From an uncultured Verrucomicrobiae bacterium (lineage in GTDB: Bacteria > Verrucomicrobiota > Verrucomicrobiia > Chthoniobacterales > JAFAMB01): DNA of 64,000 bases. Below the pieces are notes generated by a model, which had not been told where the DNA came from, did not search any database, and saw only the letters and a list, made by a program, of their open reading frames with translations. Every line of letters starts with the position of its first letter. Within the stretch, counting starts at the first letter, position 1. This document shows positions 48,645 through 58,708 of the stretch, one piece after another. The position numbers and the translations under genes were made by a program. The DNA lies in assembly GCA_963762565.1 (NCBI GenBank), contig CAVXLD010000003.1:544001-608000 (forward strand), written 5' to 3'.

Positions 48645-48905
48645 TGGAGCGCGCCTCGCTTGCGAGGCCGTGGGGGCGCCACCCGTGGAGCGTTGCCTCG
48701 CTTGCGAGGCCGATGGTGAGCAAGGATGACGGCGGGTTGGGCCTACGGACTGTCGGTGCTCTGCAGTGGGTAAAAGCAGTGTCCGCAATAGAGCGCCGAC
48801 AAAAATTGGATCTGCTTGACGATTTCCCCTGCTCACCATCGGCCTCGCAAGCGAGGCAGCGCTCCACGGGTGGCGACCCCTACGGCCTGGCAAGCACACA
48901 CGCCT
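48645..48905. repeat. Four-unit REP-like palindrome (GCCTCGCTTGCGAGGC family)
   Basis: Two direct units followed by two inverted units, the last one degenerate. Confidence 0.85.
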
Positions 48906-48956
48906 GCCTATTAATTTGGTTTGACAAATCAAAGTAATTTGTTTTATGTCTCACCG

Positions 48957-49421
48957 ATGGTCCCGGATGTCGATAAACTCATCGGCTGGTATGCTCGCAT
49001 CTATTTTGCCTGCCATCGCCGTCACGTCCGTGATCCCAAGACCAAGAAGGTCCTAAGTGCTCACCAGGCGAGCATCCTGGATCATCTCGATGAGGTCGAC
49101 GGCACGAGTCTTTTCACTTTGGCAAACCATTTGGGTGTCACGGCTTCGACCATGTCCCTTTCGATTCAGCGCTTGGTCGATGCCGGTTATGTACGGCGAG
49201 AGCGCGACCAGAAAGATGCGCGCCGGGTCCAGATTCGGCTGACCCGAGCCGGGGTACGAATCAAGCAACAGCAATCGGTGCTCGACCCGGCTTTGGTGGA
49301 GGCTTTGCTGGAACGGCTCTCGCCGATCGATCGGGTGGCGGCTTTACGCGGGCTGGCTCTTTTCGCCCACGCGGCGGAGGAGCTGAGGGCATCTCTCAAA
49401 GGAACCGAGGAACCGAAATGA
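48957..49421 (+). CDS. MarR-family regulator
   Basis: wHTH with STMS..IQRL...GYV.R...DARR; TTGACA and ACAAAT-N7-ATTTGT upstream. Confidence 0.9.
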   Translation: MVPDVDKLIGWYARIYFACHRRHVRDPKTKKVLSAHQASILDHLDEVDGTSLFTLANHLGVTASTMSLSIQRLVDAGYVRRERDQKDARRVQIRLTRAGVRIKQQQSVLDPALVEALLERLSPIDRVAALRGLALFAHAAEELRASLKGTEEPK

Positions 49422-49933
49422 AAATAGCTCTATACGCCGCAGCGTTTGCTTTATTGATCGTTGTGGTCTTGGTGGCAGTGGCTGCGTCTCTGCCAATACA
49501 ACACACTGTGTCGCGGTCCATGCGATTGAAAAAGACACCCAGTGAAGTGTTCGCCTTGATTTCCGGACCACCAAATTGGCGGCCGGACGTAAAAGAGAGT
49601 ATCAACCTACCTGCGAACGACAGCCTGCGACGGTGGCGGGAAGTCACCGGCGATGGGAAATCCATGACCTATGAAGTGGCCGAAGAATCTGCGCCTTCGC
49701 GGCTAGTAACGAGGATTGCCGATAAAAACCTGCCGTTCGGCGGTACGTGGACCTACGAGATCAAACCGGCAGAGGGTGGCTGCGTTCTGCGCATCACTGA
49801 ACGAGGTGAAATCTACAATATCATTTTCAGGTTCGTCGCTCGTTTCTTTCTGGGATATGCCTCAAGCATGGAGAGCTACCTGCGAGCGGTTGCCAATCAG
49901 TTCCATGAGCAGGCAGCGATTGGACAAGGGTGA
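49418..49933 (+). CDS. SRPBCC/polyketide cyclase-like protein
   Basis: V.RS......P.EVF..I...P.WR and GTWTYEI motifs. Confidence 0.8.
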   Translation: MKIALYAAAFALLIVVVLVAVAASLPIQHTVSRSMRLKKTPSEVFALISGPPNWRPDVKESINLPANDSLRRWREVTGDGKSMTYEVAEESAPSRLVTRIADKNLPFGGTWTYEIKPAEGGCVLRITERGEIYNIIFRFVARFFLGYASSMESYLRAVANQFHEQAAIGQG

Positions 49934-50544
49934 GTAAAATGGGCTACGAGATCAACTGTCGAGCACGTTTTGGGGACCGGCATAGTGATGGGAAAGCGCT
50001 TTTGGAATCTGATCATGTCCTCTTCCGAGGCGATTTTCGCTGCAAAATCTTCTTTCGGGATTTGGCGAAGGTCGTTGCTAATAAGGGGACGCTTAGCTTG
50101 TGTGGTCCGGAAGGCGAGCTTCGACTCGAACTTGGCGAAAAGGCTGGGATCTGGGCCGAAAAGATCCTGCATCCGAAGTCGCGGGCTGAGAAGCTCGGGG
50201 TTAAAGCCGGTAGCGAAGTTGTGCTGATGAATTTATTGGATGCCGAGTTTGAAGCCGAGCTGGACCGTTCAGGAATAGTATTGGTGGCGGCTAGAAGCAA
50301 AGCCCAATGCGACTTACTCTTCTGGGGAGCGCAAAAAGCAGACGAACTTCCAAAGATTCCTGACCTGCTTCCGCGCTTAAATGAACGTGGGGCTCTTTGG
50401 ATCGTCTATCCGAAAGGGCAGTCTCACATTCCGGAATCCAGTGTCATTTTAGCGGGCAGAGCTGCAGGATTAAAAGATGTTAAGGTAGTTTCGTTTTCGC
50501 CGACACAAACGGCTTTGAAGTTTGTTCGTCCCTTAAAACGATGA
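49930..50544 (+). CDS. Hypothetical protein (DUF3052-like C-terminal domain)
   Basis: KLGVK.G, GALWIVYPKG and GLKDVKV motifs. Confidence 0.65.
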   Translation: MSKMGYEINCRARFGDRHSDGKALLESDHVLFRGDFRCKIFFRDLAKVVANKGTLSLCGPEGELRLELGEKAGIWAEKILHPKSRAEKLGVKAGSEVVLMNLLDAEFEAELDRSGIVLVAARSKAQCDLLFWGAQKADELPKIPDLLPRLNERGALWIVYPKGQSHIPESSVILAGRAAGLKDVKVVSFSPTQTALKFVRPLKR

Positions 50545-51398
50545 AGATCATTTTCGATGATGCCGCAACGAAATATGGAGAAAGCCAGCATCCGGAACGG
50601 CCGGAACGTCTGCTGAGCACTGTCCCGCATCTCAAGAAGGTTCTACCGCAACTGGTTTGGGAACGGCCGTTAATCGCAGACGATAAGGCCCTGTTACTAG
50701 CGCATGATGAGGCACATCTGGCCAGACTGCGTCAGCCCATCGATTTCGATATAGATACCCCATATTATCCAGAGATCGATCAACATGCGAGGCGCGCGAC
50801 TGGCGGCGCTCTGATGGCGGTGGAGTCAGCCAGGAAGGGCGAGCCAGCGTTTTCCCTTCTCCGGCCGCCGGGACATCATGCCAAGCGAGCACAGGCCATG
50901 GGATTTTGTTATCTGAACTCGATTGCGGTGGCAGCTCTGGTTGCCCTTAGGGACGGATGCGAGCGGGTCGCGATCTGGGATTTTGATGCGCATCATGGCA
51001 ACGGCACCGAAGCGATCGTTACGGGAAATGAACGCATCTTGTTTGCATCGATTCACCAATATCCTGGGTATCCGGGGACCGGGACTCATTCTTTTCAGAA
51101 CATTCTCAACTGGCCGGTTCCACCGATGACGGACGGCGAAATGCACGCTGACAAGGTCAGAGAAGCTCTAGATCGGTTGGTGGCTTTTCGGCCGGATTTA
51201 TTGCTCGTCTCAGCAGGCTTCGACGCCTATCTCAACGACCCAATAACCAACTTACGACTCGAAGCCGACCATTTTTACCGGTTCGGTACCTGGCTTCGCG
51301 AAACCAATATTCCCGCAGCAGCGGTCTTGGAAGGCGGCTACAGCGACGAGTTGCCGGAGCTGATCGAAAGCTTTATCCGCGGCTGGACCGGAGATTAA
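50541..51398 (+). CDS. Histone deacetylase superfamily (Zn-dependent) amidohydrolase
   Basis: HPERPERL, RPPGHHA, DFDAHHGNGT, SAGFD and EGGY motifs. Confidence 0.95.
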   Translation: MKIIFDDAATKYGESQHPERPERLLSTVPHLKKVLPQLVWERPLIADDKALLLAHDEAHLARLRQPIDFDIDTPYYPEIDQHARRATGGALMAVESARKGEPAFSLLRPPGHHAKRAQAMGFCYLNSIAVAALVALRDGCERVAIWDFDAHHGNGTEAIVTGNERILFASIHQYPGYPGTGTHSFQNILNWPVPPMTDGEMHADKVREALDRLVAFRPDLLLVSAGFDAYLNDPITNLRLEADHFYRFGTWLRETNIPAAAVLEGGYSDELPELIESFIRGWTGD

Positions 51399-51414
51399 AG
51401 AACCGGGAGAAGGC

Positions 51415-51672
51415 AGTGGACGAAGTGGACCTAGTTGACGGAGTGGACCTAGTGGAGCACGCGCTGCCTCGCACTCTACACGTTGGCGACGCCAGTGGCG
51501 TCCACTCGTCCACTCAGTCCACTCCGTCCACAGTGTCTACTCTGTCCACTAATCTTCTCCCCTTTCGGATCTGCGTAAGTCCGCGTTCATTTCACCCCGG
51601 AGAATTTCGGGTCTGCGGTTAAAATTGTTGTGTCCCGTGTTTATTCGGGTTCATTCGTTTCCATTCGCGGTT
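51415..51672. repeat. Inverted GTGGACnnA nonamer arrays plus a CGCAGAT/CGCGAAT family arm
   Basis: gtggacgaagtggacctagttgacggagtggac versus gtccactcagtccactccgtccac. Confidence 0.82.
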
Positions 51673-51678
51673 CGTTGA

Positions 51679-52644
51679 ATGAACTGGTTTCATTTTAGTT
51701 GGCAGAACTTTTGGTATTCGTTCCTGGCGCTGGCGTTTGAAGGGCTGCCCTTTGTCTTAGTGGGATCGTTGATCTCCGGATTTATTGCGGCGTTTGTACC
51801 TTCCCGGTTCATTACTCGGTTTCTGCCGAAGAACCGTTTTCTGGCGACGTTGGTCAGCGGTCTGTTGGGTCTGATCTTTCCGGTTTGCGAATGCGGTGTC
51901 GTGCCGGTGGTTCGACGGCTGTTGGACAAAGGGCTTCCGCTGTATTGCGGCCTTACCTATATGCTGGCCTCGCCAATCGTTAATCCATTGGTGGCGATCA
52001 GCACCTACGCGGCTTTCCGCGCCCAACAACCTGGGCTGACTACCGTTGTGCGATTAATTAGCGGTTACTTGGTAGCGGTGATAGTCGGGCTCGTCGTGTC
52101 CCGGCTGGATCCCGCCCGGCTGTTAGGCAATCAGGCGGTCGCAACGCGAACAGGTCGGCGGCGAACCACCTTAAGTATTGCCGCGATGCCGGACGCGCCA
52201 GACGTCAGTCGGAGCGTATCGATTAGACAACGCCTGATTGGAGCCGTGCAACTTGCGAGCGACGACTTTATCGACACGGCCATCTATTTCATGATCGGGG
52301 CAGCGGTCGCGTCCGTTTTCAATACTGCGGTCGATCAACGGATTATCTTGCCTTGGGCATCGAGCCCGATCCCGTCGGTCGTCGCCATGATGGTGATCGC
52401 GGGAATCTTGACCTTGTGCAGTTCGTCAGATGCTTTCATCGCGGCTACGTTTACCTCGTTCCCGCTACCGGCACGAATGGCGTTTCTCATATTCGGGCCG
52501 ATGTTCAATTTTAAGCTCCCTTTTCTGTACAGCTCGTTGCTAAAGAAACGCGCAGTCATCGCGCTGGGCGTTGGACTTTTTATTATTGTAGGGGTACTCT
52601 GCGTCGCGTTTTTGCCAGCCGTCTATGCGAACTTGGGCCGCTAA
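51679..52644 (+). CDS. DUF318/ArsP-type (YcgR-like) permease
   Basis: EGLPF, PVCECG, P.VNP, LCSSSDAF and FGPM motifs. Confidence 0.9.
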   Translation: MNWFHFSWQNFWYSFLALAFEGLPFVLVGSLISGFIAAFVPSRFITRFLPKNRFLATLVSGLLGLIFPVCECGVVPVVRRLLDKGLPLYCGLTYMLASPIVNPLVAISTYAAFRAQQPGLTTVVRLISGYLVAVIVGLVVSRLDPARLLGNQAVATRTGRRRTTLSIAAMPDAPDVSRSVSIRQRLIGAVQLASDDFIDTAIYFMIGAAVASVFNTAVDQRIILPWASSPIPSVVAMMVIAGILTLCSSSDAFIAATFTSFPLPARMAFLIFGPMFNFKLPFLYSSLLKKRAVIALGVGLFIIVGVLCVAFLPAVYANLGR

Positions 52645-53542
52645 GCTTTTTAACGGAATTACGTTGTTAGGGTTGGGTGGCGTGCTGATCGCCTTTTTTA
52701 TTAACGGTCGTATCGACCAATATCTGCATCCCGCATTTCGTCTGTGGGAACTGGCGGGTGGGATCGGCTTCTGCGTTGCTGGTGCTATCTATCTTGTTAC
52801 CAAGAGATCGATGGACTGCTGCGTCGACGGGCAATGTATTCACAGCAATCCGCGTAACCCAGTTCGGGCGATGCTGGCTTTGGGAGTGATCACAGTACCA
52901 TTGGTAGCCGGCACCGTGTTTTCGAAGGATAGCTATGATCAACAGGCGATCTTAAATCGGGGTTTTGTACAGGATGTCAGCGGGCTTCCCGTGCGCAACG
53001 TAGCGAAGGATGCCAGCACTGCGGCGAAAGACCCTAATCAACCCGCCATTCCTTCAGCCGCATTAGGCGGAGATCAGGATGAGAGCTCAATCGAGCCGCC
53101 TTTGCCGCAAGATGGGAGTGGGAACACGGTGAGTCAGAACTCCACCGGACAAGGCTCTCAGGATGATGCCGAGCAATATCTACCAAAAGCGCCTGACGGT
53201 AACATTGCTTTGGAAGTGAGCGACCTTTTGTACAGCCAGACAGAGGAGAGTCTGCGCAAAATGTTTTCCGGAAAAACCGTCGAAGTGATCGGACAATATC
53301 TACCCGGCTCTGACAAGAGCGAGTTCAAGATTGTCCGGATGTTCATTGTCTGTTGTGCAGCTGATGCGCGACCGATTTCTGTGCCGGTGAAAGCGGGAGG
53401 GCCAGTTTCGATTGCGGACATGAGTTGGGTGAAGGTGATCGGCCAACCTGAGTTCGTTACGAACGGAAGTCAGACCAAAGTGATGCTAAAGGCCGCTCAA
53501 GTGGTGCCCACTGATCCTCCGGCGGAAGCGATGTTGTATTGA
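52625..53542 (+). CDS. TIGR03943/DUF1980 (YcgQ-like) permease partner subunit
   Basis: YLHP, RMFIVCCAADA and WVKV.G motifs; overlaps the permease gene. Confidence 0.88.
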   Translation: MRTWAAKLFNGITLLGLGGVLIAFFINGRIDQYLHPAFRLWELAGGIGFCVAGAIYLVTKRSMDCCVDGQCIHSNPRNPVRAMLALGVITVPLVAGTVFSKDSYDQQAILNRGFVQDVSGLPVRNVAKDASTAAKDPNQPAIPSAALGGDQDESSIEPPLPQDGSGNTVSQNSTGQGSQDDAEQYLPKAPDGNIALEVSDLLYSQTEESLRKMFSGKTVEVIGQYLPGSDKSEFKIVRMFIVCCAADARPISVPVKAGGPVSIADMSWVKVIGQPEFVTNGSQTKVMLKAAQVVPTDPPAEAMLY

Positions 53543-55935
53543 GGCCCGAAGCCAGAGTGGATGGGGATTCGGTCCGAACCGGAGAATCAGCGGACTATCG
53601 TTACTGGGCGTTCATCAGTTATAGCCACGCCGACAAAAGACTGGGTGATTGGTTACATCGGGCGCTGGAGACCTACCGTGTGCCCAAGCGTCTAGTCGGT
53701 AAGAACGGAATCTTTGGTCCGGTGCCGCGCCGGCTTTATCCAATATTTCGGGATCGGGAAGAGCTCTCCGCGTCGTCGAGTCTCGGCGCCAACATTCAGC
53801 GTGCTCTCCAACAATCACGGTCTCTGATCGTGATCTGTTCGCCCCGCGCTGCGGGTTCTCGTTGGGTCAACGAGGAGATCAAATATTTCAAGAGCTTGAA
53901 CCGGGAAGACCGAGTCCTGGCCTTAATCGCAGCGGGAGAACCGAATGCCGCAGAAGCTAAGAATGGCGCGTCGCCGGAAGAAGAGTGTTTCCCTGAAGCA
54001 TTGCGATTCCGAATGGACGCGAGCGGGGTGCTCACACCGGAACGGACGGAGCCGATTGCGGGCGACGCGCGGAAAGGGAAAGACGGAAAACTAAACGCGA
54101 AACTTAAGCTGCTCGCGGGCTTAATCGCGGTTGACTATGCTGCTCTAAAGCAGCGTGAACAGGAAAGACGCCGGCGTTACTTGATCGGCTTAGTTACGCT
54201 GGCTTCCACAGTCGCACTGGTGATGACCGGCCTAGCGATCTTTGCGTTTGGGGCCGAGCGTGAAGCGCAAAGACAGGCCAAAGCGGCGAACACAGCGCGT
54301 GACCAGGCGGATGGATTGATCAACTACATGCTCGGTGATTTGCGAGACAAATTGAAGCCCAGCGGGCGCTTGAAGATTTTAGGGGATGTTGCCGACAGGG
54401 CTAAGGCTTATTTAGACGGCTTACCCAGCGAGCAAATGACCTCGGGCCGGCTACGGCAACGAGCGGTCATGCTGACCAATCTTGGTGACGTCTTGAAAGA
54501 TAAAGGTGAACTGCCGCAAGCGCTAGACGCCTATCAGCAAAGCTTGAGCATAAAAAAAAGCTTGGCCGAAAAGGCCCCATCAGACTTCAGCTTGCAAGGC
54601 GATCTGGCGGCGGGTTATATCTTGCTTGGGGAGGCGCTGAGAGCCAAAGGGGATTCACAGGCGGCGCTCGATGCTTACCGGCAAGGATTGGCATTCTGCC
54701 AACACTTGTTAGAACAGGATCCCTCGAACACTGAATGGCGATCTAATCTTGCTAATGGTTATCAAGGTATAGGCTATGTCCAGGAGTCGGGAGGCAACCT
54801 GAAAGCGGCACTCGAAGCCTTTCAAACGAGTCTCGACATCCGGCGAGCGCTAGCCGAACAAGACAAAACCAACGCGGAATGGCAACGCAATCTTTCGGCT
54901 AGTTACAACCGAGTTGCCGACGTTTTATACGAAAAAGGTCAGTTTCCAGAAAGCCTGGACGGTTATGAAGAGGGCTTGAGAATCATTAAACATTTAGTTG
55001 AACACGATAAGTCCAACATCCCTTGGCAAAACGATCTCTCGGTCAGTTACGAGGAAGTAGGCGACCTGCTCAAGGATCAGGGCAAACTTGCAGACGCTCT
55101 TGAGTCTTATCAATTGTGCCTAAATATTCGCCGCTCGCTCGTCGATCAAGACAAGTCCAACACCTTTTGGAAGCGCAATCTTTCGATCAGCTACACCAAC
55201 CTGGGTGATGTCTTCAAACTGGAGAGCAAGTTGCCAGAAGCGCTCTCCGCTTATCGTCAGGCACAAGCCATTGCTCAGCAGTTGGTCGACGAAGATGGAT
55301 CAAATGGGAGCTGGCAAGATGATCTTTCCTGGGCCTGTAACAAGGTCGGAGACGTCTTTCTGCTGCAAGGCAATTTGGCCGAGGCTGCCGCCGTTTATCA
55401 ACAAGGGTTAGCAATCAACAAGCGGTTGGTTGAGCAAGACCCAAAAAGCACCGTTTACCAAAACGATCTATCAACCAGCTACGAGAAGATCGGAGACGTT
55501 GCGTTGAGGCAAGGCCATCCAGCTGAAGCCCAGAGCTCATACCAGCTCTGTCTTAAGCTTCGGCAGGGCTTGGTCGAATTGGATAACTCCGATACCACGT
55601 TTCGAGATGGGTTATCTGCCATTCACGCAAAAATTGGCGATGCGCTAAAAGCCCAAGGCAAATTGGATGCGGCCGTTGAAGAGTACCAACAAAGCTTGGA
55701 CCAGCGGCGAACACTGGCAGACCAATATAAGTTTAACGCCGGGGCGAAGCGTGATTTGATTGCTGTGCTCTGTAAGTTGGCTACCGGGAAGGCGAGAATC
55801 CAGGGCGATGATAACGAGCTTAAGGCAAGAGCACTTTTGCAAGAAGCAGCGAGCTTAGCTGTGGACTATAACGGGTCAGACCGCCAGACGCTGATCGATT
55901 CGATCAATCAAGCATCCCAGGGGCTCGGTAAATAG
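53539..55935 (+). CDS. TIR domain-transmembrane-TPR repeat protein
   Basis: AFISYSH.D, FRD and S.WVNEEI TIR motifs; TM helix after RRRRY; about 8-9 TPR-like repeats of about 49 aa. Confidence 0.92.
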   Translation: MRPEARVDGDSVRTGESADYRYWAFISYSHADKRLGDWLHRALETYRVPKRLVGKNGIFGPVPRRLYPIFRDREELSASSSLGANIQRALQQSRSLIVICSPRAAGSRWVNEEIKYFKSLNREDRVLALIAAGEPNAAEAKNGASPEEECFPEALRFRMDASGVLTPERTEPIAGDARKGKDGKLNAKLKLLAGLIAVDYAALKQREQERRRRYLIGLVTLASTVALVMTGLAIFAFGAEREAQRQAKAANTARDQADGLINYMLGDLRDKLKPSGRLKILGDVADRAKAYLDGLPSEQMTSGRLRQRAVMLTNLGDVLKDKGELPQALDAYQQSLSIKKSLAEKAPSDFSLQGDLAAGYILLGEALRAKGDSQAALDAYRQGLAFCQHLLEQDPSNTEWRSNLANGYQGIGYVQESGGNLKAALEAFQTSLDIRRALAEQDKTNAEWQRNLSASYNRVADVLYEKGQFPESLDGYEEGLRIIKHLVEHDKSNIPWQNDLSVSYEEVGDLLKDQGKLADALESYQLCLNIRRSLVDQDKSNTFWKRNLSISYTNLGDVFKLESKLPEALSAYRQAQAIAQQLVDEDGSNGSWQDDLSWACNKVGDVFLLQGNLAEAAAVYQQGLAINKRLVEQDPKSTVYQNDLSTSYEKIGDVALRQGHPAEAQSSYQLCLKLRQGLVELDNSDTTFRDGLSAIHAKIGDALKAQGKLDAAVEEYQQSLDQRRTLADQYKFNAGAKRDLIAVLCKLATGKARIQGDDNELKARALLQEAASLAVDYNGSDRQTLIDSINQASQGLGK

Positions 55936-55998
55936 GGGCAGCCGCGAAGGTTCTTGAATTGTCCGCCGCTTCCCCCGGAGTGGGGCTAAATTCGCTGC

Positions 55999-56186
55999 GC
56001 CGCGAACCTGTCTTGGGCGATATAGCCCAGCTCGAAAGGAACAAAGTCAGGGTCTGGTAAAACAGGAGTCGTTGTATCTTTTGCGAAGCGCCAGGGCAAT
56101 CCCGTCACCAGCCGCGGGATCGGGAACACTGACTGAAACGCTTGATCCCCGCTAGGTAGCAAAGCCGAAGCTCGGCAATTCGCGAC
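55999..56186 (+). ncRNA. Putative structured RNA of unknown class (6S-like size)
   Basis: End pairing CGCGAA/TTCGCG, inner AGTCAG/CTGACT, local hairpins, TAAATT just upstream; strand uncertain. Confidence 0.35.
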
Positions 56187-56234
56187 CCGTTTTCAGTCCT
56201 GCAGGGAGACCTCGCACCCACCACCCACCAAAGT

Positions 56235-56981
56235 CTACATGGCTAAACCGCCGTCAACGGACAGCACCTGGCCCGTGATGTACTTCGCTTCTTTGCTTGC
56301 GAGAAACGCAACTGCGGCGGCTACGTCTGCGACGTCGCCGAACGACCGCAAAGGGATGTGGTCGAGCATTTGCTGGCGAACCGCTTCCGGCAACTCTTTC
56401 GTCATATCAGTGCTGATAAACCCAGGGGCTACAGCGTTAACGGTTACTTGGCGTCCAGACACTTCCTTGGCCAAGGCTTTGGTTAAACCGATGAGGCCGG
56501 CTTTGCTGGCCGAATAGTTGACCTGTCCTGCTTGTCCGACCAGTCCGCTGATCGAGGTAATGTTGATGATCCTGCCGTAATGCTGTTTCATCATCGGACG
56601 TTGAAGGTTTTGAATGAAATGGAAGGCCCCTTTCAGGTTGGTATCCACCACCGTGTCCCAATCCTCTTCCGACATACGCATGCTCAGCCGGTCGCGGGTG
56701 ATGCCGGCATTGTTCACGAGAATCATGACCTGGCCAAAATCTTTGAGAATCTGACTGCAGACTGTGGCCACGGCTTGAGCATTGGCCACATCGACCGCAT
56801 AAGCCCTGGCCGTCTCCGGTTTCTCGTTGTTAAGCCTGTCGGCGGTTGCTTGAGCGTTCTCTTGGGTCCGGCTAATGACCGCGACTTTCGCGCCTTCAGC
56901 GGCAAAGCGCTCGGCGATCGCTTGCCCAATTCCGCGGCCCGCTCCAGTCACAACTGCAACCTGATCAACAAAACGATTCAT
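56235..56981 (-). CDS. fabG: 3-oxoacyl-ACP reductase
   Basis: TGAGRGIG, NNAGITRD, YSASK and VDGG motifs. Confidence 0.93.
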   Translation of the reverse strand: MNRFVDQVAVVTGAGRGIGQAIAERFAAEGAKVAVISRTQENAQATADRLNNEKPETARAYAVDVANAQAVATVCSQILKDFGQVMILVNNAGITRDRLSMRMSEEDWDTVVDTNLKGAFHFIQNLQRPMMKQHYGRIINITSISGLVGQAGQVNYSASKAGLIGLTKALAKEVSGRQVTVNAVAPGFISTDMTKELPEAVRQQMLDHIPLRSFGDVADVAAAVAFLASKEAKYITGQVLSVDGGLAM

Positions 56982-57047
56982 GCGCTAAAAGCGATGACAA
57001 ATGACAAATTGCAAATGACAAATGTAAGGATCTGTCATCTGGGATTG

Positions 57048-58448
57048 TCATTTGTCATCATCTTCGGCCTCGCCCTTCAGCTGATTCAGCTTATTCCGCA
57101 GGGTTCGAATACTGATCCCCAGCATCTGAGCGGTTTGGGTGCGATTGCCTTTCGCTTGCCGGAGCGCATGCATGATGTATTCCCGTTCGACTGATTCGAG
57201 CGGAATCACTTCTTCCGGGAAGGCCAAAGTTGTGCCGGACGCGAGCGTGATTCGCTCGATTGGCGGTTCGCCGATGTCGATGTTTGGAAACATAGGCGAC
57301 ATAACCTCCGCGTTGATGCCTTCTTCTGGGTCATGCAAAATCACGGCCCGTTCGATGACATTCTGTAGCTCGCGCACATTGCCGGGCCAATCGTATGCCA
57401 TCAGGATGGCCATGGCTTGTGGTGTCACCGCGGGCGAGTGAATACCGGTGCGCTGAGCAATCCTCTTTAGAAAAGCATCAACCAGCAGAGGGATATCTTC
57501 CTTCCGCACTCGCAGGGGCGGAACGGTGATCGGGAAAACGTTCAAGCGATAGTACAGGTCCTGCCGGAACTCCTGACGCTCAACTGAGGTAGCCAAATCA
57601 CGGTTGGTGGTTGCTAACACTCGCACATTCACGCGTATCGTGCGGCCTCCGCCGACCCTTTCGAATTCGCGTTCCTGTAGCACTCGCAAGAGCTTGGCCT
57701 GAAGTCTCGGGGGTATTTCACTGACTTCGTCCAACAGAATGGTCCCCTGGTCTGCGAGCTCGAACCGGCCTTCTCTCTTTTCTGTCGCCCCGGTAAAAGC
57801 TCCTTTTTCGTGTCCAAAAAACTCGCTTTCGATCAGGTTGTCAGAAATCGCTGCGCAATTGACCTTGATAAACGGTTTGGCAGAACGCGCACTGGCCCGA
57901 AAGATCTCGGTCGCAACGAGCTCCTTGCCGGTTCCATTCTCACCGCCGATGAGAACCGTGGCTTCGGTGGAAGCGACCTTTTGGATCAGCTGACGCAATT
58001 GGCGGATTCTCTGGCTTTCACCGATCAAAGGCGCCGGGTCGGTTGCTTGGTACGAGAGAACCTGGTTGACTTTAAGGGCCTGAATGAAGCTGGCCGCCTT
58101 GTTCATGACGACCTCGATTTGCCCGGAGGAGAATGGTTTGATGATGTAATCGAAGGCTCCGGCCCGGATGCAACTGACGGCGGACTCAACTGACCCGTGC
58201 CCCGTCATCATCACAATGACCGGCTTACGCGGCTGGCTGCTTAGCCTGGCTAGGAGATCAGTACCGTCGCCATCCGGCAAACGCACATCGACAAACATTA
58301 AGTCAAAGGGTTCCGCGGCAACCGTTCGTTCGGCCTCGCTAATGGTCGCGCAGAGGGCCACCGCAAGACGTTTGCCTTTTAATTGCAACTCAAGCGAGCG
58401 ACGAATTGTGGCGTCGTCATCAACGACGATTACTTTCTCGATGGCCAT
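57048..58448 (-). CDS. Sigma54-dependent response regulator (NtrC/AtoC family)
   Basis: Receiver domain (DD, D, KPF), GE.GTGKE, GAFTGA and Fis-type HTH. Confidence 0.96.
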   Translation of the reverse strand: MAIEKVIVVDDDATIRRSLELQLKGKRLAVALCATISEAERTVAAEPFDLMFVDVRLPDGDGTDLLARLSSQPRKPVIVMMTGHGSVESAVSCIRAGAFDYIIKPFSSGQIEVVMNKAASFIQALKVNQVLSYQATDPAPLIGESQRIRQLRQLIQKVASTEATVLIGGENGTGKELVATEIFRASARSAKPFIKVNCAAISDNLIESEFFGHEKGAFTGATEKREGRFELADQGTILLDEVSEIPPRLQAKLLRVLQEREFERVGGGRTIRVNVRVLATTNRDLATSVERQEFRQDLYYRLNVFPITVPPLRVRKEDIPLLVDAFLKRIAQRTGIHSPAVTPQAMAILMAYDWPGNVRELQNVIERAVILHDPEEGINAEVMSPMFPNIDIGEPPIERITLASGTTLAFPEEVIPLESVEREYIMHALRQAKGNRTQTAQMLGISIRTLRNKLNQLKGEAEDDDK

Positions 58449-58708
58449 ACCTCGACACCAATGTTTCTTCTGCTACGTCGCGTGTTTCCGGGCTAGCGCT
58501 GTCGGGAAGAACTCCAGAGTATTAAAAGAGCAAAAAAAATCCTAATAGTCCTTCTTGTAGCTGATCCTGCTAAATTGTTCTAAGTGTTTGTGAATAAAAG
58601 CCTTGCGCTGAATGTAAGGTGTTCAAACGGATTGAGGAATAGGTAATTTTACCATATTCCATTTTCTCAGGCATCCCTTAAGATAATTGGATCTAAAAAG
58701 TTTGGATC

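Noticed and set aside
48553..48937. ORFs with GLASEA/ASLARP motifs, including the extension of the S9 ORF to 48682
   Set aside because: The peptides are translations of the GCCTCGCTTGCGAGGC repeat and recur wherever it does.
55982..56230. tRNA, tmRNA or c-di-GMP riboswitch (GGGGCT start, GGGCGATATAGCCCAG, GAAAGG..CAAAG, CCACCA end)
   Set aside because: No T-loop GTTCRA, no acceptor-stem pairing, an incomplete riboswitch consensus and no downstream gene on that strand.
56532..57194. 220-aa plus-strand ORF and similar long antisense ORFs (e.g. 33538-34083, 44524-45030)
   Set aside because: These are shadow frames opposite well-supported genes.
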